A stretch of DNA of 40,181 bases from Hydrurus foetidus. Lineage: Eukaryota. This document shows positions 12,819 through 22,072 of this stretch, in pieces; the first letter of the stretch is position 1, and each line of letters starts with the position of its first letter. Location: contig UYFQ01000508.1 of NCBI GenBank assembly GCA_900617105.1, positions 1 through 40,181 of the forward strand. Reading direction: 5' to 3'. The position numbers were made by a program, and so were the translations under genes. A model generated the notes under the pieces. The model was not told where the DNA came from. It did not search any database and worked only from the letters and a program-made list of their open reading frames with translations.

Positions 12819-15800
12819 TCACATAACCGTGTACGCTGGACCTCCCCCGCCCTCCGGTACGGTCCACTTGATGTACTCCCCAGGCATCTTTATGCTGCAG
12901 CACTTGCAGTGCACGCAGTTCTGCGCATTGATGACGAGACTCCTCCTGCCGCTGCTGTCAGCTTCGGTGTACTCGTAGACACCTGCGGGACAGAACCTCT
13001 GCTCCGGCCCCGCATATTCCACTATAGAAAGATCTAAATAGAGAAGGACACAAAGTGAGTTAAGAAAGATCTAAGAAGAGGAAACAAGAAAGATACGCAC
13101 TTAAGTGATAAGGGGGATAGCAGTAGATAGGCCGCTGTAAAGAATAGAACGGTCTCACACCCTTGACAGATCATAGGTGAAAATAAAGGAGCCTTTAAAA
13201 TTATAGAGGTTACTCCACACAGCAGGAGCGAAGACGCACACGTTAACGAGGACACGGAGTAGGTAGGCAGTGACGTTGATACGTGTTCAGTAATTAGTCC
13301 CACCTGACGGAATGTGTTTTGAGCAAGATTTGACGACCAAGTGGGAAGGCTGGTCATGTTCGTGACTTGTTCCTAAGAGAAAAAGAAGGGCGGTCAAATA
13401 TCAAATTGATCAGAGGGAGTTGCATCACTGCTGCACTTGTGAGGAGACTGCTCTACGCTACTACTGCTGAGACTTTAGAAACACCGGTTGGGCGGTAAGT
13501 ATAGTATAGTGAAACACAATACAGTACAGTACAGTGTAGTAGAATGCAGTCCAGTGAAGTGTAGCACAGTAAAGTGCAGTGCGGTGTAGTACAGTACACT
13601 ATAGTACAGTGCGTGTGTCACCTGATCTGGAGAGTGATGTCAGCAGGTCGAATGAGAGCACGCCATCTGGCTTGGGATATTGGATTTCCTTGAAGAGGCG
13701 GGCTGGCTGTGTGCGCTGCGAGTCCGGTGTATTGTTGCTCAGAGTCCAAGGCTCTTTGCCTCTCGAAATGAAACTGAAATATGAATTATAGATATTGAGC
13801 ATGGAGAGAGACAGAGGGAGTTCTACTTACCGTCAATTGCCAGACATATAGCTTACCAGCTGAAGGCAGTGTGTAGCATGCCTGCAAGTGTGCCGTAGTG
13901 GAAGGCTGCGTGTGTGTTCCTCACCGCGTAGAGCTCTTCCCCTATCCAAGATTTCTTCAGAGCAACCTCATACGAAGCAATCTTCTCACACAATATCGAA
14001 AAAATGTTAAAAATGTTAATCAAATAATGTCAATCTAGTAAGAAGAGCGGAGCGAAGATAAAGGGAATGCTTGAATGTGACGAAACACAAGTCAATGTAG
14101 TGTATTGTCACCTCTACAGGCGGAGCGTCGGTTTCACTTTCTTCCGAATGAGTGGACTGTGGACCTTTGTCCAGAATTTCGAACAACGCCTCAGCAGCCA
14201 ACATCCCGCTCTTCATGGCCGTGTGAGATCCCTTCAAGTGAAATAGGAGAGGAGAGATGGAGAGGGAGATGGGGGTCGGGGGGTGAATGAGGGAGGGGAA
14301 AGATAGAGAAAAAAAGATAGAAGAAGACAGTGGGTCGAGAATAACGTGAAGAACATGATAGAGAGAATGACTCGGAAACAAAATAAATATGTACAGAATA
14401 TGTTGAAGGTGTAGGGGACGAGAAAGTGAGAGAAGCGGTGGAAGAAAAATGTACCATGATGATGGCAAAGACAATTTCAGATCATCTCTATACGATCATC
14501 ATCTCGAAATACCTTTATTTTCACCGCATTCAAGAATCCAGAAGAGCATCCTATCAGGGCGCCTCCAGGCATAGACAGCTTGGGAATGGCGTGGAGTCCC
14601 CCTTCGTTGAGGACCCTTGCACCGTAGCTGATGCACTCCCCGCCTGCTATGTGTTCTGCGATTGTTGGATGGTGCTTCCATCTCTGGAATTCCTTGTACG
14701 GGTTAACGTAAGGATTCTGATAGTCGAGTCCTACCACCATGCCGATCAGCACCAACTGACATACATGGGTGGTATGAGGGGAATGATCAGCGTTACATCG
14801 GAGGGACGAGTGACGGTATATTCAGTACATGTGATTAACATTGAGGGATTGTTGAGGAGTGCTGAATGGTGATATAGTAAGGTTATCCTTTCAAGACTTT
14901 GATCAGCAAAGAGTATTGGTGATGTAGACCTACGAAAAAAGTCAGCCAATGCACTTGCAGGCAATTTCTGTGAGTGACAACTACATAGATAGACATAGAG
15001 ATTGATAAAAAATGGGATAAGCGTGTTGCGAGTTATCAGTAAGCAAAACGTCGGTCAATAGCAACCATTTGACTCGGCTTGATGGCCTCCTTCAGTTTCG
15101 GAAGATTCACTGAGCTATAAACCTGCACACCACACCACACCACACCACACCACACCACACCACACACCACACACCACACCACACCACACGAAACCTTCAT
15201 CTCAATCATCAGGGTAGGTGTTTGTTGGTATTGCTTGACACAACTTTACAACAGCTCACAAGAAAACAAAATTGTTTAAATGCCATCAAATCGGTTCAAA
15301 GAATAATGAAATACAGGAGCTCTATCCAATTAATATCGCATCTCACATTCGGCTCCATGTGATAAAGGAAAGACCCCCCAAATGTGTCCTGTCCCACTAG
15401 CTTCGATTGTAGCGGCCAACCCAATGTGTGCTGTATATATCCCTTCTTGAACACACTCTCAGGCACTTGCCATACCTCCTTCACGCCGAGGGCTACAATT
15501 AAATAGTGCAGTGCGGCAATTATTAGATGGGGTGTCAAAACATAAATATTGATGCAATGTAATAGTGCAGTGTGACGATTCATGGAGTGCAGTGTTTAAA
15601 AATCATTATTGGATCTAATTAGAATTGTGTCCTAAGTAGTGAGTCATATTTACCGTATGATTGAACGTCTTTGCCATCTCTGAGTTTGAATTTCTCGATG
15701 ACTTCTTCAGAACACGATCCTCTCGCCCCCTCTGCAAACAGCGTCTGGCGGGCTCTCAACTCTATGCCCTGCGTATAAGAACCTTTCTGAACTCCATCCT

Positions 15801-16486
15801 TGCCGATGCCTGCATCCTTCGTAGCGATGCCAATTACTTCTCCTGCTTCACCGTAAAGAACTTCTGAAGCCGCGAAACCAGGATAAATCTCCACTCCAAG
15901 CTCTTCCGCTTTAGTGGCTAACCAACGCACCAGTTGCGATAAAGATATAATATAGTTCCCTTCATTATTCAGTTCAGGTGGTGTCAGGAAATGGGGTACA
16001 GAGATGTATCCCTTATCGCTAGTCAGAATTTTAAAGCTATCGGTTTGCGCTTTCGTTTTCAGGGGAACATCAGGGTCACTTGACCAGTCGGGGAATAGCT
16101 CATCTAGAGCTGTTGTCTCGAAGACGTTGCCACTTAAGATATGCGCACCAACCTCTGCGCCTTTCTCAACGACACAAACACTTATCTCTCTGTTACGTGA
16201 AATTCCCAATTGTTTCAGTTTAATTGCAGCAGACAAGCCAGCTGGACCTAATTTAATAATACATACACTAATAATCAGTGGGTACAAAAAAGATGTAGAG
16301 AGAATCTTGCGATCAGAATTCACCTGCGCCGATGATGACAGCGTCGTAATACATTTTCTCCCTCGGGTTGATCTCATCGTCTGGGACAGCGGTGGAGAAT
16401 GGCCTCTGAGACAGAGGCCGATAACTTATGGGATTAAATTTAGTGGCTCGGAACTTAAGGATATGTTGACGAAAGCTCCGCATCAT
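12819..16486 (-). CDS. ETFDH: Electron transfer flavoprotein-ubiquinone oxidoreductase, mitochondrial, 9 exons
   Basis: Exons 16486-16324, 16247-15654, 15492-15347, 14755-14513, 14231-14112, 13981-13857, 13773-13622, 13372-13304, 13033-12819. Motifs [13 protein letters not shown] (FAD), [66 protein letters not shown] (4Fe-4S), PEGGGGPAY. Mitochondrial presequence [17 protein letters not shown]. Confidence 0.96.
13498..13610. repeat. Degenerate (AGTAC/AGTGC/AGTAT)n pentamer repeat in ETFDH intron 7
   Basis: Directly visible 5-nt periodicity. Confidence 0.8.
15126..15189. repeat. (CACAC)n pentanucleotide microsatellite in ETFDH intron 3
   Basis: Directly visible run cacaccacaccacac... Confidence 0.9.
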
Positions 16487-18246
16487 CGTGGTAGCTCTCT
16501 GCGTTGTGTGATGTTTCAAATCGAGTATATTCTATCCTATGAGATTTACAGACTGGATTGACTAGGAGAAAATCTGCTTCTTCCTCCAGATAACAGTGGG
16601 CTATATGGCCTCTTCTGTGCGTTATAGGCTGTGGTAATTCCTTCTTATTCGGAACTGTTCTTAAAAACCCTCAATTTGAACTTCATGTAAAACAACAGTT
16701 ACAGTAGTAAATTGATGTAGCACCTGATATTTAGATTTTCAAGCAGAATTTCAGGGTTTTTTTGGTCACTCCGTTTTTCAAATTTTGGTCCATCTCGTGC
16801 TGTTCAAAAATAAAAAGTTGGGCGTTGGTGCAAGGCCTTGGTTGGTGTTCATAATATATCATAATATACTACACTCATGAACGCGGACAGCGGCATACAC
16901 CGTATACAAGATCTTCATCGCTTCAATGTACCATCTGATTCAATCTGTTTTCCAGACACTTAGTCTCGATGACTTCTTCAGAACACGATCCTCTCGCCCC
17001 CTCTGCAAACAGCGTCTGGCGGGCTCTCAACTCTATGCCCTGCGTATAAGAACCTTTCTGAACTCCATCCTTGCCGATGCCTGCATCCTTCGTAGCGATG
17101 CCAATTACTTCTCCTGCTTCACCGTAAAGAACTTCTGAAGCCGCGAAACCAGGATAAATCTCCACTCCAAGCTCTTCCGCTTTAGTGGCTAACCAACGCA
17201 CCAGTTGCGATAAAGATATAATATAGTTCCCTTCATTATTCAGTTCAGGTGGTGTCAGGAAATGGGGTACAGAGATGTATCCCTTATCGCTAGTCAGAAT
17301 TTTAAAGCTATCGGTTTGCGCTTTCGTTTTCAGGGGAACATCAGGGTCACTTGACCAGTCGGGGAATAGCTCATCTAGAGCTGTTGTCTCGAAGACGTTG
17401 CCACTTAAGATATGCGCACCAACCTCTGCGCCTTTCTCAACGACACAAACACTTATCTCTCTGTTACGTGAAATTCCCAATTGTTTCAGTTTAATTGCAG
17501 CAGACAAGCCAGCTGGACCTAATTTAGTAATACATACACTAATAATCAGTGGGTACAAAAAAGATGTAGAGAGAATCTTGCGATCAGAATTCACCTGCGC
17601 CGATGATGACAGCGTCGTAATACATTTTCTCCCTCGGGTTGATCTCATCGTCTGGGACAGCGGTGGAGAATGGCCTCTGAGACAGAGGCCGATAACTTAT
17701 GGGATTAAATTTAGTGGCTCGGAACTTAAGGATATGTTGACGAAAGCTCCGCATCATCGTGGTAGCTCTCTGCGTTGTGTGATGTTTCAAATCGAGTATA
17801 TTCTATCCTATGAGATTTATAGACTGGATTGACTAGGAAAAAATCTGCTTCTTCCTCCAGATAACAGTGGGCTATATGGCCTCTTCTGTGCGTTATAAGC
17901 TGTGGTAATTCCTTCTTATTCGGAACTGTTCTTAAAAACCCTCAATTTGAACTTCATGTAAAACAACAGTTACAGTAGTAAATTGATGTAGCACCTGATA
18001 TTTAGATTTTCAAGCAGAATTTCAGGGTTTTTTTGGTCACTCCGTTTTTCAAATTTTGGTCCATCTCGTCCTGTTCAAAAATAAAAAGTTGGGCGTTGGT
18101 GCAAGGCCTTGGTTGGTGTTCATAATATATCAAAATATACTACACTCATGAACGCGGACAGCGGCATACACCGTATACAAGATCTTCATCGCTTCAATGT
18201 ACCATCTTCATCTCTCATTCAATCTGAAGCCTTTCCAGACACTTAG
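15693..18246. repeat. Direct tandem duplication: unit 1 at 15693-16963 (1271 bp), unit 2 at 16964-18246 (1283 bp)
   Basis: Sequence and ORFs recur at +1271 (e.g. ORF starts 16377/17648 and 16519/17790). Junction reads GACACTTAG|TCTCGATGAC. About five substitutions seen in non-coding parts, plus two short deletions at the end of unit 1. Confidence 0.97.
16923..17757 (-). pseudogene. ETFDH: 3'-truncated duplicate of ETFDH (exon 1, intron 1, most of exon 2)
   Basis: Copy of the ETFDH 5' region from ATG 17757. It matches up to SEEVIE, then crosses the junction and ends TKCLENRLNQMVH-stop. It lacks most of the ubiquinone-binding region and the 4Fe-4S domain. Confidence 0.85.
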
Positions 18247-18445
18247 TGCGTAAGTTAATCTAAACACTCGTAAACTTGTGTTCATCGGACTGCTGAACGT
18301 TCACAGCTCTCAACAGTTTAGATTAACTTATGCACAAAGTGTCTGGAAAGGCTTCAGATTGAATGTGAGATGAAGATGGTACATGGCGATGAAGATCGTG
18401 TATACGGTGTATGCCGCTGTCCGCATACATGAGTGTATATGAACA
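18117..18445. mobile_element. MITE-like / foldback element with ~125-bp inverted arms and 50-bp spacer
   Basis: 18141-18265 (TACACTCATG...GTTAATCTAAAC) is the near-perfect reverse complement of 18316-18437 (GTTTAGATTAAC...CATGAGTGTA). Pairing extends to TGTTCATA (18117) / TATGAACA (18445) if one indel is allowed. No credible coding capacity. Confidence 0.75.
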
Positions 18446-18456
18446 ATTGGTACATT

Positions 18457-18737
18457 GGGGTATAGAAAGACAGAGGGGACACAAGCAACCAACCGGCCCA
18501 CTCACACGATTCGCACCGAATTCTCACTCTACCATCTCGTCTTGGACATCAGCTAATCAGTGAGAAATCTTCCTAACCAAACCACACTTCGATCAAATTG
18601 GCTCAGTCAATGTTTCCCAACGACTGTGATCGCTGACCGCCGTGGTATTTGTGTTTTGAAAAAATCAGGTGAGAGTTCGGTGAGAATCGCGTGAGTGGGC
18701 TGGTTGGTTGCTTGTGTCCCCTGTCATTGTATACCCC
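18457..18737. mobile_element. Second MITE-like element with ~70-bp terminal inverted repeats
   Basis: 18457-18527 (GGGGTATA...GGGGACACAAGCAACCAACCGGCCCACTCAC...TCTCAC) pairs with 18669-18737 (GTGAGA...GTGAGTGGGCTGGTTGGTTGCTTGTGTCCCC...TATACCCC). No clear target-site duplication. Confidence 0.7.
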
Positions 18738-19556
18738 CTTGGTTGGAAGCCCTTCGGCTACTCGCACTCAATTGCCGATATCTCTTTCATGAGAATTGGA
18801 TTCCTGACATTCGCCCACTGAATTGTGATTTATTTTGTGAAATTTGATCTCAGACCTCAGACGTTCGCTAAATATACCCAATTCTATCCATATTTTCTGT
18901 ACTGCATCATGAACATCAAATTCGTAGTTATTTATCAATAGTTTGTCTCAGGATGCCTTGAGGACAAGACAATTTTGTGTCACCATTCAGATATTGCATA
19001 TTCTGCGAATAGAATTCCACCCATCAATCGTTCCGTGCCCGTGAAAGTATGACTTCTGCACAGTAGGACAACTTTTTTGCGATATTCCTGCAGGAAAATT
19101 CTGCGGCGGATTCATTGCCACATCCAGATATTCGCAGCAGCGCATGTTTTTTGTATTCTTTCATGTTTCGTTTCAAATCAGATTGTGTTACATTATCTTT
19201 GGAAGTATGCAATTATGAGGCGCTTGTTTGCTTTGAAAGTTGAGCAATTCACATTACCGAATAATTAATATTTGTCCGATATCAGAAGCATCTTCCAACT
19301 CTCTGCCTGCATTCTGAACAATAATTGTGGGTAAGTTCGAGTCGGCCCTACTATGTTGAAGTACAGTATTTTGATTTGCTATGTAGCGGATTCAGTCCGG
19401 CACTAACCTGTCTGCCCAGTCGAATCAACGACTCAGTATCTCAGATGTGCTTTACCTCGACCTCTCACTTTCACTACGTCCATAAAATCTAGTCCAATTC
19501 ACATCTCGCATGGTGCAGGCTGCTATAAAGATAGTGCAAGTCCTCTAATTTGCGCG

Positions 19557-20791
19557 ATGACGTCCTTCGACGGTAATCTCGATACGAAGATCATTGAAAT
19601 AGAGTCTTTCGTCGAGCGGCCTATTCACTGTGGCTACCTCTTACTTTTTTGCGGTAGCCAGTACTGTTCAGAGAATCTTCATTTTGCAATGGAAGTCGAC
19701 AGATATCGCGACATATTTTCATTCGACAGCGCGTCTTTTGGGAAGAAGAGTTGGAGGGAAATCGACGATTTTGTCCAGATCAAATCAGTTCCCTCCTCAG
19801 AAATCAATATCGATATCGCGTTGTTTTACAAAACAAACAAGAACGCGCTTTGGCCATCGTCGATTGTGATTAGAGACGCTGTCGAAGGTTACGTGAAGTA
19901 CATATGGGACAAGTTCCTTTGCGATAGCTCACCGACCCAGATCTGCATGTCTGGAATTGTGCTCCAGAATACGGTGAAGAGGCTTAAGCTTCTCCACATC
20001 TACGGGAAGGAGGTCTTTTCTGAGACACTTATTGATCCCATGAAAACGATGCGGAAGGACGTTCTGCCAAGGTTCTTGAATTCAGAGATTTATCAAGACC
20101 TCCTGAAACAAATCGAGTCTTGCAATGTGCTTCCCGCAGCGACCACATTAGTTGTTCCTCCGCCAGATTCAGATGCAACCGTGAACGCGCTAACTCAAAA
20201 GGATTTAAACGCGGGGCTTATCCACCTGGATGTAATTGACATCATGAATGACCGTCTGCTCTACGGTGAATTCTTGTCCTACCTACAGTCCATCGTCTCG
20301 AGTGAGAATCTTCTTTGCATGCGTCTCATCGTAATCTTCAAGGAGAGCTTTAAGAATTCTCCTCCTCCATCCCAAAGCGCACTCTCCCGTAACGCCTGGA
20401 TGATCTACAAGTTTTTTGTTGCACCCGGATCTGCATTCGAGGTGTCGGTATCGCACAGGAGGAGGAAACAAACAGAGGTATGATATTTCTCTCAAGTGCT
20501 GCTGGTATTTCTTACTCCATCGGGACTTTAATGGCTCCTGACAACTTGCCACGGAGATATAATCGTCTGATTGTAACAATCTTCATTATCACTATTGTTT
20601 AGCAATATCTTGCTTGCCCACAAGCGAACAGTTTCTTGAAGGTGGAGAAGAGCGTTCTCTCGGCCCTCAGGGTGCACTTCGAAGTGTACATGAAAAGTTC
20701 GCAATTTCTCAAAGTTTTGAGTAAGATTCAAAGTGTTGTCCAGATGAACGGGAGAGAGAAACCATCGACAGGATGCTTCCAGTTCAGGTGA
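19557..20791 (+). CDS. Protein with two tandem RGS (regulator of G-protein signalling) domains, 2 exons
   Basis: Exons 19557-20477 and 20603-20791 (GTATGA...TTTAG). Domain 1: FCGSQYCSENLHFAMEVDRYR, IWDKFL...QICMS, MRKDVLPRFLNSEIY. Domain 2: FLSYLQSIVSSENLLC, IYKFFVAPGSAFEVSVS, F...FEVYMKSSQF. Confidence 0.85.
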
Positions 20792-21097
20792 TACACAACA
20801 CAAGATGACAAAACATACCACCGTCAAGTAAAGTGAGTAAATATATGGAGGTCCAGTGTCAATAGGAACGACTTTGAAGCTGCTTGACGTACTTGAGTAC
20901 GGCATGCATAGTAAAGAAAACACACTTGATACGATACGCGTATCGAAGAAAGAAGGAAAGAAAAAAGAAGAGAGGAGAGAACGAAATTGAGGCGATGATC
21001 CACTCTGTAGATGCGTTTCGCAACAAATCAGCAAATATCCGTAACGACATCTATTTCCGTCACGCCATCTGATATCTTGGCTTCGATAAGACAAATA

Positions 21098-21635
21098 TGT
21101 TTTGTACATATTCCATTTAGGAGCTGTCATCTCACCCTCCGTATCTTTACGGTTGTGATGATTTAAATTGCTATTGCATCAGTTCAGTCCCCGTGTGTGT
21201 CCACTGTATTATATATTTCAATATTCATTATGTCATTCTTTCAAATCAAATTCTTCGTCAAATTACATGAAGATAGTGTCAGCGCGTGGCATTGTATCCT
21301 GCTGCGTCCTTCGTTTTTCTAAACTTAATATTAGAAGTACTGGATAGAAGGCCATTTGAGTTTCAGTTCCCCGTCTGTTAGGAGACTGTCAGCAGTGCTG
21401 GGCGTCCATAAAATATCGACGTCAAACCCAGGTTGCTCTCCGCCATTTCTCACATCGTCCTCGTCAGCCTCTTGCATCCTGCGTATGTGTTTCGTTTGGA
21501 GGTTGTCGAGGGACTTCAGATATGGAGGCAGGCCGTAGAGGAGCCTTTCGATGTGCTGGGGTTTCAGCAGCCCTCGTGCGCTGCCACTGTGTTCACATCC
21601 GATCCGAAAGACAGTAGGGGTCTGCCTTTCCTCAC
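21098..21635 (-). pseudogene. Inverted duplicate of the 3' end and downstream flank of the DUF1517-like gene (copy of 3738-4291)
   Basis: Reverse complement of 21098-21635 matches 3738-4291 almost exactly, except for a 16-bp deletion (3803-3818 absent) and one substitution near the end. The C-terminal peptide LLKPQHIER...WPSIQYF is identical. The 5' part of the gene is missing. Confidence 0.95.
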
Positions 21636-22072
21636 TGTCTCGTGACTGCCGCTGCACATCAATGAACCATGAAAACTACTTAAGCAGCTACCGAGAAAGG
21701 AAACTGGCATCAGTGCAAGTCTCCTGCTAGTACGTAATGCTGCTTAAGAAGTACATATCTTCCAATTACCAGTGCAACAAAATACATAACACATCCCCCT
21801 CCAGCAGATTTTAAAAGGTGTTGGGACTGGTGTGGGGACTCTGGGGTCGATATCCGGATAGATACATCCGGAAACATCACACAGAGAAACACTCACTTTA
21901 GAAGTTTCTGAGTATGACGACAACATCTTAGAAGCTCGAGCTGCGAAACGCATGCAACAAAGCATCGTGAGACCAGGTTGCAACCCACCGAGTCTGTTAA
22001 GGAGAGCTGGAAGCAATGTTCACTCTTTAAGGAGAATCCATTCAACGAAAAGCAGTTCAGACCGTTGAAAAC

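Noticed and set aside
20770..20791. Possible CaaX prenylation signal on the RGS protein
   Set aside because: The protein ends CFQFR, so Cys is fifth from the end and does not fit CaaX.
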